DNA of 64,000 nucleotides from Eledone cirrhosa (Eukaryota). Both the position numbers and the translations under genes were made by a program. Below, one piece after another: positions 41,736 through 56,042 of the stretch (positions within the stretch are counted from its first letter, which is position 1; the number at the start of each line of letters is the position of its first letter). The notes below the pieces were generated by a model. The model searched no databases. It had not been told where the DNA came from and saw only the letters and a list, made by a program, of their open reading frames with translations. The DNA is taken from positions 17,360,001 to 17,424,000 of the forward strand of contig OZ024757.1 in assembly GCA_964016885.1 (NCBI GenBank). Reading direction: 5' to 3'.

Positions 41736-41965
41736 GTACGTATAAGTATATGTATCTATATGTTTAAGTTTATTTGTTGTAACATAGCAGTTTGACAAGA
41801 ACAGATTGATAAAAGAAGTACTGGGGTTAATATGCTCAGTTACAACCACTCAAGGCCGTGCCCCAGCATGGCCTCAGTCTAATGAGGGAAACTAGAAATA
41901 TATAAGAATAGACGTCTCTTTATAGATTTAGAGATAAAGAGAAGAATAGAAAAATAAACACTGAA

Positions 41966-42006
<41 letters not shown>

Positions 42007-42010
<4 letters not shown>

Positions 42011-42245
42011 ACGACAAAAAACACAGTCCACGCTGTAATGTGGCTGTGTAGGTAACACGGTAAAAACCTCCCAGTCCACACTGTACACGTGGTTGGTGTT
42101 AGGAAGAGCATCCAGCTGTAGAAAACCCACCAGACAGTCCTATACAAACAAGACAACCAATGTTGCCTCAAGTGGGAAAATTCCCGTCCAAACCCATGCT
42201 AGCGTGGAAGATGGACGTTAAACGATGATGATGATGATGATGATG
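42007..42245 (+). mobile_element. RTE 3'UTR fragment with (GAT)n tail
   Basis: Reverse complement of the 10012-10260 family. Confidence 0.85.
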
Positions 42246-42530
42246 TGGAGGCACGAGGCCTAGTGGTAAGGGTGTTGGACTTACAAACATAATGTCGTGG
42301 GTTTGATTCCTGGGTTGTGTGTTGTGTTCTTGAGCAAGACACTTCATTTCACATTGATCCAGTATACTTTAGCTGAAAATGTGTACCAGAAATAGCTGGG
42401 GGTTTAACCCTGTGATGGATTGGCGCCCTGTCCAGTGGGGAGTCTTGTACTCTCAGTCACTTCACGACATGAAGCAGCGATAACTACTGGTCAAATGAAC
42501 CTTTTGGCTTAAGACAGACTTTAGACTTTT
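42246..42530 (+). mobile_element. CORE-type SINE with alternative tail
   Basis: GGCCTAGTGG head, GGTTTGATTCC B-box, CORE-like segment, then CCCTGTGATGGATTGGCGCCCTGTCC tail. Confidence 0.85.
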
Positions 42531-42723
42531 AGATATATGTGTGTGTGTGTTTCCTGGATTCAGTTGGGGGTAACTACAGTTAGTAAGGTACTTATCACAT
42601 AGCAGAGTATAAATGTTTAATATAGAAATGGCTTTTACAGGACTAGAACTGTTTCATTTGAAGGAAATCATCCTTTCCTTCAAATGAAACAGTTCTAGTC
42701 CTGTAGAAGCCATTTCTATTTTA

Positions 42724-42760
<37 letters not shown>

Positions 42761-42814
42761 CAGAATTAGCCGTCGAAACGGCTTGAGCTCAGCCGTCGGG
42801 GTCCTACTTGTTCC

Positions 42815-42849
<35 letters not shown>

Positions 42850-42991
42850 TGTTATATGAATATATATATTTTTTTTTTTTCAGAGGGAGAGAGTGTGTGT
42901 GTGTGTGTACCTTTTGATCTTTTATGATATTGTTATTATTGATCACAAACTGACTAATAGAACACCCACTAGTCTCCTCTCTCCCCCTCTT

Positions 42992-43025
<34 letters not shown>

Positions 43026-43269
43026 CACACACGCACATATATATACATACATACTATTTGCCATTTTACTCATAAGATCTCCAGGATTTCAGCCAATTCT
43101 TCGATTTAGTTGGCAAGTTGTCAACCACGAAGGATTAATATTTCCAATATATTTTATTTCAGAATTATGTCTGTGTATCTCTAACTCCCTTTCCCTCTAT
43201 CTATCTATCTATCTATCTATCTCCTTGTTAGTCTGTCTACCCTCTCACCATTTGCTATTTAAATCTCTT

Positions 43270-44950
43270 TTTCTCTTCTTATTCACCCACGTATTCTTGA
43301 GAGGGTCATGGGGGCAGAGTCCTCAAAAACTCCTTCCAGTGGGTCCTGTCAGAAGCAACCATCTCCAACTAATCCGACTGGATCCCCAAGCAAGACCAAG
43401 CCAAGCTCATAGATGTTATCCAACCATCTTGCTCAGGGTCTACCCCTGGGTCTCCTGCCGGTTGACTTTGCCTGTAAAATATGTCTAGCGATTCTTTCCT
43501 GAAATATTCTAACCACATGCCATAGTATCGGAGCTGTGATCTCTCAATTCGGAGAAGTAACAGCTCTACCTGAAGTGATTCTGATCTCCGAGCTACATAT
43601 TCTTTCCTATGACATTTTAACCACATGTCCATAGTATCAGAGCTGTGATCTCTCAATTCGGAGAAGTAGCAGCTCTACCTTGAGTGACTCTCTGATCTCC
43701 GAGCTACATATTCTTTCCTGAGACATTCTAACCACATGTCCATAGTATCAGAGCTGTGATCTCTCAATTCGGAGAAGTAGCAGCTCTACCTTGAGTGACT
43801 CTCTGATCTCCGAGCTACACATTCTTTCCTGAGACATTCTAACCACATGTCCATAGTATCAGAGCTGTGATCTCTCAATTCGGAGAAGTAGCAGCTCTAC
43901 CTTGAGTGACTCTCTGATCTCTGAGCTACACATTCTTTCCTGAGACATTCTAACCACATGTCCATAGTATCAGAGCTGTGATCTCTCAATTCGGAGAAGT
44001 AGCAGCTCTACCTTGAGTGACTCTCTGATCTCCGAGCTACACATTCTTTCCTGAGACATTCTAACCACATGTCCATAGTATCAGAGCTGTGATCTCTCAA
44101 TTCGGAGAAGTAGCAGTTCTACCTTGAGTGACTCTCTGATCTCCGAGCTACACATTCTTTCCTGAGACATTCTAACCACATGTCCATAGTATCAGAGCTG
44201 TGATCTCTCAATTCGGAGAAGTAGCAGCTCTACCTTGAGTGACTCTCTGATCTCCGAGCTACACATTCTTTCCTGAGACATTCTAACCACATGTCCATAG
44301 TATCGGAGCTGTGATCTCTCAATTCGGAGAAGAAGTAACAGCTCTACCTTGAGTGACTCTCTGATCTCCGAGCTACACATTCTTTCCTGAGACATTCTAA
44401 CCACATGTCCATAGTATCAGAGCTGTGATCTCTCAATTCGGAGAAGTAGCAGCTCTACCTTGAGTGACTCTCTGATCTCCGAGCTACACATTCTTTCCTG
44501 AGACATTCTAACCACATACCCATAGTATCAGAGCTGTGATCTCTCAATTTGGAGAAGTAGCAGCTCTACCTGGAGTGACTCTTTGATCTCCGTGCTACAC
44601 ATTCTTTCTTGAGACATTCTAACCACATACCCATAGTATCAGAGCTGTGATCTCTCAATTCGGAGAAGTAGCGGCTCTACCTGGAGTGACTCTCAGATCT
44701 CCAAGCTACGCACTCTATCAAATGACGATACTCTAAAGACCCTTTGGATGAATCCTATTTCGGCCACTTGTATTCGAAATCGTATTCTTTCGGTCATTAC
44801 CCAAGAGTCCTGACCATAGGTAAAGGTTTGGCATGAAAACTGAATTGAAGATAGTGAGTTTGGCTTTTATGCCTACCCCCCTTCTTCTGATTGAATGCTG
44901 AAGCTGGTGCATCACTGCACCAATTCCTGCACTTAATTCAGCCTCCTGCT
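43270..44950 (-). mobile_element. Expander/REX3-like RTE LINE fragment containing a tandem array
   Basis: Minus strand KAKLTIFNSVF...SSEIRESLQVELLLLRIERSQLRYYG; homologous to 16168-18832. Confidence 0.9.
43491..44712. repeat. 111-bp tandem array, ~11 copies, LINE-derived
   Basis: TTCTTTCCTGAGAC at 43711, 43822, 43933 ...; unit equals 37 codons of the RTE ORF. Confidence 0.97.
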
Positions 44951-44959
44951 AAACACACA

Positions 44960-45322
44960 CATGTGTGTGGTGTATGAGTGAGTCTATGTATATGTGTGTA
45001 TGTGTGTGTGTGGTGTATGAGTGAGTCTATGTATATGTGTGTATGTGTGTGTGTGGTGTATGAGTGAGTCTATGTATATTAATGTATGTGTGGTGTGTGT
45101 GTGGTGTATGAGTGAGTCTATGTATATTAATGTATGTGTGTGTGTGTGGTGTATGAGTGTGTCTATGTATATGTGTGTATGTGTGTGTGTGGTGTATGAG
45201 TGAGTCTATGTATATGTGTGTATGTGTGTGTGTGTGGTGTATGAGTGTGTCTATGTATATGTGTGTTTGTGTGTGTGGTGTATGAGTGAGTCTATGTATA
45301 TATGTGTATGTGTGTGTGTGTT
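44960..45322. repeat. ~40-bp TG-rich minisatellite (GTGGTGTATGAGTGAGTCTATGTATAT...)
   Basis: About 8 copies. Confidence 0.9.
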
Positions 45323-45699
45323 TAGTCAACTGTAAGAGACAAAGTATTGTGTTTCACTCACACTTAATAACCGTATGACTGGCAACACACACACACACAC
45401 AGACACACATCCCCCCATACACTATAATGTGTGTGTGTGTGTGTGTTTTATTTAGCTGTACAACAACAACATATATCACTACTATAATCACTAATATTCA
45501 ATCACTGAACTAATGTAATCATTGCTGAACTGTATTGAATCACTGTTGCTTCTAACCTCTACATAGATAGATTTCTTTCATAGATAGACAAATAGACAGA
45601 CATATAGTTAGATAGAGAGATAGATATTGTATGAGATATATATATATAGTTATAAATATGCATATTTATAACTATATATCTATACACACACACACATAG

Positions 45700-46052
45700 A
45701 TATATTTCTTTATTAGCCACAGGGGCACAAAAGAAGGGGACAGATACAAAGGGGGAAGTTTACATACAATAAAAACGTGTAAAATGTTATCACAAATGGA
45801 ATTTAAAAAGTTAGTCGATTTTCCCCAATAGAGGGAGACAGTTTATATGGGTAACACATACCCCCGAAAAAAAATGTGCAACCCTCATCTCCAGGAGTAC
45901 GAAGAGTTTGTACTCCTTTCCTCTCCTCCTGCTTTTCCTCAACCTACAGGCTGATATAGAGAGAAGGCCCATTCACTCGAGCCATTCTCGCCACTTTCAC
46001 CCACCTTTCATAAAACTTGCTGGGGTACAGCACCTCTCTCTCCATCCTGATT
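45700..46052 (-). mobile_element. L1/Tx1-like LINE 3' end (third copy)
   Basis: Reverse complement homologous to 26040-26385; (GATA)n-like sequence on the flanks. Confidence 0.7.
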
Positions 46053-46219
46053 AGATAGATAGATAAATAGATATTGTGTGAGATATATATATATATATAT
46101 ATAGTTTTAAATATGCATATTTATAACTATATATCTATACACACACACACATAGATAGATAGATAGATATTGTATGAGATATATATATATAGTTTTAAAT
46201 ATGCATATTTATAACTATA

Positions 46220-47225
<1,006 letters not shown>

Positions 47226-47396
47226 CAAAGATAGAGAGAGAGAGACAGTTTAGTGAGTGGGAAGAACAATAGCTGATGTCTGAGATGTCCATTGATTTCT
47301 CCATTCATTCAATCACATTATTATTATTACTATTATTTTTATTATTATTATTTGTAATTTCCTTGTATTTACATGAAGAATGTATTAACTATGCTT

Positions 47397-49035
47397 AGTG
47401 GTAGTAGTGGTGGTAGTATTGTGGTGGTGGTGGAGTGGTGGTGGTGTTGGTAGTGGTGATGGTGGTAGTAGCGGTGGTGGTGCCGGTTGTTATGGTGGTG
47501 GTGGTGGATGTGGTGGTGTTGGTGGTGGTGGTAGTGGTGGATGTGGTGGTGTTGGTTGTAAGTGGTGGTGGATGTGATGGTGGTAGTAGCGGTGGTGGTG
47601 CCGGTTGTTGTAGTGACGGTGGTGGTGGTGGTGGTGGTGGTGGTGGTGGTGGTTGTGGTGGTGTTAGTTGTAAGTGGTGGTGGATATGATGGTGATGGTG
47701 GTAGTAGTGGTGGTGATGGTGGAGGTGGTGGTAGTGTCGGTGGTGGTGGTAGTTGTGGTGGTAGTGGTGGTGTTGGTAGTGGAGTGGTGGTGATGGTGGT
47801 AGTAGTGGTGGTGGTGCCGGTTGTTGTAGTGACAGTGGTGGTGGTGGTGGTAGTGGTGGTTGTGGTGGTGTTGGTTGTAAGTGGTGGTGGATGTGATGGT
47901 AGTGTTGGTGGTAGTATCGTGGTGGTGGATGTGGTGGTGTTGGTAGTGGAGTGGTGGTGATGGTGGTAGTAGCGGTGGTGGTGCCGGTTGTTGTAGTGAC
48001 AGTGGTGGTGGTGGTGGTAGTGGTGGATGTGGTGGTGTTGGTTGTAGTGGTGGTGTTGGTTGTAGTGGTGGTGGATGTGATGGTGATGGTGGTAGTAGCG
48101 GTGGTGGTGCCGGTTGTTGTAGTGACGGTGGTGGTGGTGGTGGTAGTGGTGGATGTGGTGGTGTTGGTTGTAAGTGGTGGTGGATGTGGTGGTGATGGTG
48201 GTAGTTGCGGTGGTGGTGCCGGTTGTTGTAGTGACGGTGGTGGTGGTGGTAGTGGTGGATGTGGTGGTGTTGGTTGTAAGTGGTGGTGGATGTGGTGGTG
48301 ATGGTGGTAGTAGCGGTGGTGGTGCCGGTTGTTGTAGTGACGGTGGTGGTGGTGGTGGTGGTGGTGTTGGTTGTAAGTGGTGGTGGATGTGGTGGTGATG
48401 GTGGTAGTAGCGGTGGTGGTGCCGGTTGTTGTAGTGACGGTGGTGGTGGTGGTGTTGGTTGTAAGTGGTGGTGGATGTGATGGTGGTAGTAGCGGTGGTG
48501 GTGCCGGTTGTTGTAGTGACGGTGGTGGTGGTGGTGGTGGTTGTGGTGGTGTTGGTTGTAAGTGGTGGTGGATGTGATGGTGATGGTGGTAGTAGTGGTG
48601 GTGATGGTGGAGGTGGTGGTAGTGTTGGTGGTGGTGGGTGTGATGGTGGTGGTAGTTGTGGTGGTAGTGGAGTGGTGGTGATGGTGGTAGTAGCGGTGGT
48701 GGTGCCGGTTGTTGTAGTGACAGTGGTGGTGGTGGTGGATGTGGTGGTGTTGGTTGTAAGTGGTGGTGGATGTGATGGTGATGGTGGTAGTAGTGGTAAT
48801 GATGGTGGTGGTAGTGTTGGTGGTGGTGGTAGTAGCGGTGGTGGTGCCGGTTGTTGTAGTGACAGTGGTGGTGGTGGTGGTAGTGGTGGATGTGGTGGTG
48901 TTGGTTGTAAGTGGTGGTGGGTGTGATGGTGGTGGTAGTTGTGGTGGTGGTGGTGGAGTGGTAGGCGGTGGTGGTAGTAGTGGTGGTGGAGTGGTAGGCG
49001 GTGGTGGTAGTGGTGATAGAGGTGGAGTGGTGGTA
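47397..49035. repeat. (GGT)n-based ~100-bp degenerate minisatellite
   Basis: Recurring GCCGGTTGTTGTAGTGAC and TTGGTTGTAAGTGGTGGTGGATGT landmarks. Confidence 0.93.
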
Positions 49036-49614
49036 AGAGCAGATAGAAGAAGAAGAAGAAGGGGTTTACACCACTACATGGCCATCCTCTCAGTCTACTA
49101 CCCACGTACTACACTCACTGAACACACACAGACATTTCTCTCTCTTTCTCTCTCTTTCTCTGCTTCTCTCTCTCTGTTTCTCCACCTCTCTGCTTCTCTC
49201 TCACTCTCTCTCTATCTATATATATGTATGGTTGTCGAACTAACCCTATACCGAACTCATCTTATGGACTGAGTGCTGTGTGCTTTACTTACTAAGGATA
49301 TAACCTCCTGGGTGGTGTCCCAGCATGGCCTCAGCCGGATGGCTGCAACAGGTAAAAGAGTAAAAGAGATATGAGTGAGAAAGTTATTTGTCTCTAATAT
49401 AGTCAGACATCTTCAATGAAAAGATAAAATATCAACTGAGAGAAGCAATTAAACATTAAACTTAAGCCAGTGATATTTCAGGGCTAAAACCCCCTTTTCT
49501 CTAGCAGGAAGAACACATTGATTGTTCCTTCTTGTTTTGAACTGCTTTCGTTTTACATTTGAAAATGGGGGTAGTAGCCTTGAAATATCATTCTAAAATA
49601 TACTGGATACTGGA

Positions 49615-49904
49615 TTAACCCTTTAGCATTTAGATTACTCTATATAACATATACTATTGTATTTTCATAGTAAAGGCTTTACCTCACGTAATTCATCATC
49701 ATCATCATCATCATCTTCATTTAACGTCCATCTTCCATGCTAGCATGGGTTATCTTACATAATATTGAATCTATCAGATTGTGATATAATTTATTTTGAG
49801 AACAATACCTTAATAGCAGTATGAGCAGCCAGTTACAGTCGGTTTGAACAGAAAGAGGTGAGAGAATTCTGGCCGGATACGGTTGGTTTCAATGCTAAAG
49901 GGTT
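49615..49904. mobile_element. piggyBac-like MITE with a nested RTE tail, itself inside a Penelope pseudo-LTR
   Basis: TIR ends; RTE tail at 49693-49751; flanks 49560-49610 and 49905-49990 match 7064-7180. Confidence 0.75.
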
Positions 49905-50265
49905 TTAAACATTACTTTCTTTTGTTTTATTTGTCATCCTTTGCCCTTTGTATATTTCTACCACATTGTACCAGCTTTTGGAAACTTATTGGTCATTTAT
50001 GACATATCTCACAAGGCTTCGTATTAACTATACTACTTTATATATTGATATATATATAACTTAAATCTACCTTCCTAACAAGTCATCTCTGATTGTTCCT
50101 TTAAGTCTCTCACGGGGATACTTCCTTGATAATGGGTGTTTAAACCCCAAAATATTTGGGATTATTAAATTTGCTATGGTAAGATTCTATTATTATCTTA
50201 GCAATTTTAATTTTCTAGTGCATTTTATGGTTTTCAAAATGATTTAAATATATAATCAGTTCCCG

Positions 50266-50422
50266 TATAAGCAAGACAAGGTCAGCCGACCGGACACTGC
50301 CCACAACAGGACAACCCTTCTAACCCATGCTAGCGTGGAAGAACGGACATAAAACTAGCATGGGTTAGAAGGGTTGTCCTGTTGTGGGCAGTGTCCGGTC
50401 GGCTGACCTTGTCTTGCTTATA
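50266..50422. repeat. Perfect inverted repeat of an RTE 3'UTR segment, 68-bp arms
   Basis: 50266-50333 versus 50355-50422. Confidence 0.95.
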
Positions 50423-50776
50423 TATATATATCATCGTGATTATCCTCAATTAACGTCCATTTTCTATGCTATCAGGGGTAGAATGGGCTGTCCCTTTGTG
50501 AATGATTAGGTCAGGGGATTATGTTTTGCTCACACAGAACTACTTTTAGCTTGGTTTCTATGGCTGGGTGCTTTTTGTCATGACACCTCTCTCTCTATAT
50601 ATTTATATATATATATATCAGTGTTTTATGTTTGTTTTTCCACACTTGCATGGGTTAGATCAGGTGTCAGATTATGAAATAAATTAGGTCGTGTGACCAT
50701 GTTTTGCTCATACGGATCTGTATTTTGACTTAGTTTCTGCAACTAAATACCCTTCTCAATGATAATCACGTTACTG

Positions 50777-53050
50777 TGTGGACTGGGTGTTTTTGTATCG
50801 TGGCACCAAAACAACCAGCTAAAAGGATGGACTGGGTGCATTTTATCATGGTACCAAAACAACAAGCTAACAGGGTGGACTGGGTGTTTGTTATCATGGC
50901 ACCAAAACAACCAGCTAACAGGATGGACTGGGTGCATTTTATCATGGTACCAAAACAACAAGCTAACAGGGTGGACTGGGTGTTTGTTATCATGGCACCA
51001 AAACAACCAGCTAACAGGATGGACTGGGTGCATTTTATCATGGTACCAAAAACAACAAGCTAACAGGGTGGACTGGGTGTTTTTTTTATCGTGGCACCAA
51101 AACAACCAGCTAACAGGATGGACTGGGTGCATTTTATCATGGTACCAAAACAACAAGCTAACAGGGTGGACTGGGTGTTTTTGTATCGTGGCACCAAAAC
51201 AACCAGCTAACAGGATGGACTGGGTGCATTTTATCATGGTACCAAAACAACAAGCTAACAGGGTGAACTGGGTGTTTTTTTTTATCGTGGCACCAAAACA
51301 ACCAGCTAACAGGATGGACTGGGTGCATTTTATCATGGTACCAAAACAACAAGCTAACAGGGTGGACTGGGTGTTTGTTATCATGGCACCAAAACAACCA
51401 GCTAACAGGATGGACTGGGTGCATTTTATCATGGTACCAAAACAACAAGCTAACAGGGTGGACTGGGTGTTTTTTTTATCGTGGCACCAAAACAACCAGC
51501 TAACAGGATGGACTGGGTGCATTTTATCATGGTACCAAAACAACAAGCTAACAGGGTGGACTGGGTGTTTTTTTTTTATCGTGGCACCAAAACAACCAGC
51601 TAACAGGATGGACTGGGAGCATTTTATCATGGTACCAAAACAACAAGCTAACAGGGTGGACTGGGTGTTTGTTATCATGGCACCAAAACAACCAGCTAAC
51701 AGGATGGACTGGGTGCATTTTATCATGGTACCAAAACAACAAGCTAACAGGGTGGACTGGGTGTTTTTTTTATCGTGGCACCAAAACAACCAGCTAACAG
51801 GATGGACTGGGTGCATTTTATCATGGTACCAAAACAACAAGCTAACAGGGTGGACCGGGTGTTTGTTATCATGGCACCAAAACAACCAGCTAACAGGATG
51901 GACTGGGTGCATTTTATCATGGTACCAAAACAACAAGCTAACAGGGTGGACTGGGTGTTTTTTTTATCGTGGCACCAAAACAACCAGCTAACAGGATGGA
52001 CTGGGTGCATTTTATCATGGTACCAAAACAACAAGCTAACAGGGTGGACTGGGTGTTTTTGTATCGTGGCACCAAAACAACCAGCTAACAGGATGGACTG
52101 GGTGCATTTTATCATGGTACCAAAACAACAAGCTAACAGGGTGAACTGGGTGTTTTTTTTTATCGTGGCACCAAAACAACCAGCTAACAGGATGGACTGG
52201 GTGCATTTTATCATGGTACCAAAACAACAAGCTAACAGGGTGGACTGGGTGTTTGTTATCATGGCACCAAAACAACCAGCTAACAGGATGGACTGGGTGC
52301 ATTTTATCATGGTACCAAAACAACAAGCTAACAGGGTGGACTGGGTGTTTTTTTTATCGTGGCACCAAAACAACCAGCTAACAGGATGGACTGGGTGCAT
52401 TTTATCATGGTACCAAAACAACAAGCTAACAGGGTGGACTGGGTGTTTTTTTTATTGTGGCACCAAAACAACCAGTTAACAGGATGGACTGGGTGCATTT
52501 TATCATGGTACCAAAACAACAAGCTAACAGGGTGAACTGGGTGTTTTTTTTTATCGTGGCACCAAAACAACCAGCTAACAGGATGGACTGGGAGCATTTT
52601 ATCATGGTACCAAAACAACAAGCTAACAGGGTGGACTGGGTGTTTGTTATCATGGCACCAAAACAACCAGCTAACAGGATGGACTGGGTGCATTTTATCA
52701 TGGTACCAAAACAACAAGCTAACAGGGTGGACTGGGTGTTTTTTTTTATCGTGGCACCAAAACAACCAGCTAACAGGATGGACTGGGTGCATTTTATCAT
52801 GGTACCAAAACAACAAGCTAACAGGGTGGACCGGGTGTTTGTTATCATGGCACCAAAACAACCAGCTAACAGGGTGGACTGGGTGCATTTTATCATGGTA
52901 CCAAAACAACAAGCTAACAGGGTGGACTGGGTGTTTTTTTTATCGTGGCACCAAAACAACCAGCTAACAGGATGGACTGGGTGCATTTTATCATGGTACC
53001 AAAAACAACAAGCTAACAGGGCGGACTGGGTGTTTGTTATCATGGCACCA
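50777..53050. repeat. Dimeric ~97-99-bp minisatellite (2 x ~49 bp), ~23 dimers, derived from an RTE 3'UTR
   Basis: Alternating GGACTGGGTGCATTTTATCATGGTACC / GGACTGGGTG(T)nATCGTGGCACC; 50620-50777 is a decayed RTE 3'UTR leading into the array. Confidence 0.95.
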
Positions 53051-53329
53051 GCATGACCAGCTTGCAGGATAGGCTAGATACTTTTTGCCTTGTCAATAAA
53101 TAGTATGACCACATTACAAGATGGACTGGGTGCTATATATATATACATACATATATATGTATACATACATATTCTTAAATTCAATTCTACAACAAAGGCA
53201 TGACAGAGAAATGCAAGGACAGACATTTCATTGAGCAAACCCTACTTTGCTGTAGTATTGAATTTAATAATATATTAAAACTCGTCCCATTGACTGAATG
53301 CTCTGCACCATTACCAAATTATTACTACT

Positions 53330-53502
53330 CATCATCATCATCATCATCACCATCGTTTAATGTCCATCTTCCACGCTAGCATGGGTTTGGACGGGAATTT
53401 TCCCACCTGAGGCAACATTGGTTGTCTTGCTCGTATAGGACTGTCTGGCGGGTTTTCTACGGCTGGATGCCCTTCCTAACACCAACCACGTTTACAGTGT
53501 GT
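53330..53502 (-). mobile_element. RTE 3'UTR fragment
   Basis: Same family as 3246-3443. Confidence 0.85.
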
Positions 53503-53624
53503 ATATATATATATATATATATGCAAGAGATGTCAACATGAATGGACCTGTTATTTTTATCTAAAGATATTTTTTTCCAATTCCAACCCGCCTGTCTCCA
53601 CAATCTATCTTATTTCTCATTCTT

Positions 53625-53660
53625 TCTTCTGATGAAGGACTAGTGTCCGAAACGTTAAGA
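53625..53660 (+). ncRNA. Minimal type I hammerhead ribozyme motif with intact core (family A)
   Basis: TCTT-CTGATGA-A-GGAC(TAGT)GTCC-GAAA-CGT-T-AAGA; palindromic ACGT stem III, GUU cleavage triplet. Confidence 0.78.
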
Positions 53661-53742
53661 CCCTCTTCCTGCTGCTATCAAGCGTTAACCTAATATATCC
53701 CTTCCATATACTGTACCGATTGTGTTGTTATTTCTGTTTACC

Positions 53743-53778
<36 letters not shown>

Positions 53779-54151
53779 ACACCCATACACACACACACAC
53801 ACACACACACACGTGTGTGTGTGTAGTGTGGTAAGACACCAGGAGGTTATATCCATAGTAAGTAGAGCTTTCAGTCCAGAGGACGAGTTCGGTATATAGT
53901 TAGTTCCACAACGAATTAGCAAACCATACTCAAAGACACGCATTTCACCCAACAGATTCTCAACTTGAGGATGTATATATATGTATATGTATGTATGTAT
54001 GTATATATATATACGTATATATATATATATATGTATTTGTACATATATATATTTGAAAAATATGTCAACCGTAATATAGATAACTAAAATAATTAATCGT
54101 TTAATAAGTCAGGTAAAGTACCTCTGAGTACATTCACCTCAGCTATTTAAC

Positions 54152-54496
54152 ACTGGGTGCATCTGACCTCTCCTGGGTGCATCTGATCTCCCCTGAATAT
54201 ATCTGACCTCCTCTGGGTACATCTAACCTCCTCTGGGTATATCTGACCTCCCCTGGGTACATCTGACCTCCCCTGGGTACATCTGATCCCCTGGGTACAT
54301 CTGACCTCTCCTGGGTACATCTGATCTCCCCTGAATATATCTGACCTCCTCTGGGTACATCTAACCTCCTCTGGGTATATCTGACCTCCCCTGGGTACAT
54401 CTGACCTCCCCTGGGTACATCTGATCCCCTGGGTACATCTGACCTCTCCTGGGTACATCTGACCTCCTCTAGGTACATCTGACCTCTGGGTACATC
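54152..54496. repeat. ~20-bp minisatellite with a 138-bp higher-order duplication
   Basis: CTGGGTACATCTGACCTC.. monomers; the variant CCCTGAATAT occurs at 54191 and 54329. Confidence 0.92.
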
Positions 54497-54584
54497 AAAC
54501 TTCCAGTTAATTCCCTGACTACTATTATGGCCTGGCAAAGAGATTCATTTCAATTTATAGCTTCTTCACTTGTAAACATGACCT

Positions 54585-55062
54585 AGATTTTGATCTGTGT
54601 CACATCTGGAGCATAGCCTATTCCTTAAACTGGATCACATCCCAACTATTGCTGACCTACACCTGGAGCCCAGTCTATTTTGATCTGGTTCATATCCTAA
54701 GTACTGCCAACCTACACCTGGGGCCCAGTCTATCTTGATCTGGCTCACATCCCAAGTACTGCTGACCTACATCTGGAGACCAGTCTATCTCTTGATCTGG
54801 TTCACATCCCAAGTACTGCTGACCTACATCTGGAGACTAGTCAATCTCTTGATCTGGTTCACATCCCAAGTACTGCCGATCTACATCTGGAGATCAGTCT
54901 GTGTTGGTCTGGCTCACATCCCAAGCACTGTTAACCTACATCTGGTGACTAATCTATCTCCTGATCTGGGTCATCTACAGCTGGAGACCAGCCCATCCTT
55001 TGATCTGGGTCATCTACATCTGGAGACCAGCCCATCCTTTGATCTGGTTCACCTAGATCTGA
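54585..55062. repeat. Degenerate ~57-bp minisatellite
   Basis: TTGATCTGGTTCACATCCCAAGTACTGCTGACCTACATCTGGAGACCAGTCTATC, about 8 copies. Confidence 0.88.
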
Positions 55063-55414
55063 TGTAAGCCATCACTCCACCCACTACCACCATCACACCC
55101 ACTTCCAGCTGACTCTTCCTCCTGTCATTCTGTTAAAGTCAACCGAACAACCAACCAACCACTCTAAAAATACACTGACGACTTATGAAGAGTCAGTGTT
55201 AGGGTGAACTGAAGAGAATTTAATTAATTTTAGAATTGGGGGGTTTTATTTTGAGATTTATCACTCATAAATAACCACCAGACGTCCACATACCCCCTCT
55301 TCCACCCTTTCATCCAGCTATCTGTCTGTCTGTGCTGGTGGTGATGGTGGGGTGTGCAAGGAGGGGGTAATGGATGTCTAGGGTCTAAATTTGTGTTGTT
55401 ATTATTTGGTGCCT

Positions 55415-55549
55415 TTTGTGTGTGTTTGTGTGTATGTATGTATATGCATGTGCATGCTTATGTATGTTACGTGTGTATGTTTGTGTCTGTGTTTGTATGT
55501 ATATATGTATATGTGTATGTGTGTTTGTCTATACGTGTGTGTGTGTATC

Positions 55550-55616
<67 letters not shown>

Positions 55617-55625
55617 ATCTATATC

Positions 55626-55656
<31 letters not shown>

Positions 55657-55696
55657 ATCTATATATATATATATGTGTGTGTGTGTCTATATGTGT

Positions 55697-55730
<34 letters not shown>

Positions 55731-55799
55731 TTGTATCTATATATATATATATATGTATGTGTATGTCTATATATATATATATATGTGTATGTGTGTGTG

Positions 55800-55832
<33 letters not shown>

Positions 55833-55921
55833 ATATATATACATATGTGTGTTTGTATCTATGTATATATATATGTGTGTGTATCTATATATATATATGT
55901 GTGTGTGTATGTGTGTGTGTA

Positions 55922-55958
<37 letters not shown>

Positions 55959-55973
55959 ATGTCTATCTATATC

Positions 55974-56006
<33 letters not shown>

Positions 56007-56042
56007 ATGTGTGTGTCTATCTATATATATATATCTGTGTGT
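55415..56042. repeat. (TG)n/(TA)n compound microsatellite
   Basis: Directly visible. Confidence 0.92.

Noticed and set aside
44192-44404. Functional repeat protein from the in-frame 111-bp array
   Set aside because: Most units carry a TGA in place of CGA, so the frame is closed.
47369-49105. Extensin-like ORFs (also 56120-58129 and 60597-61832)
   Set aside because: (GGT)n-derived; motifs shift frame repeatedly and the ORFs end in non-coding sequence.
50743-53056. His/Trp/Cys-rich repeat proteins
   Set aside because: Frame changes with poly-T length, and the array derives from a LINE 3'UTR.
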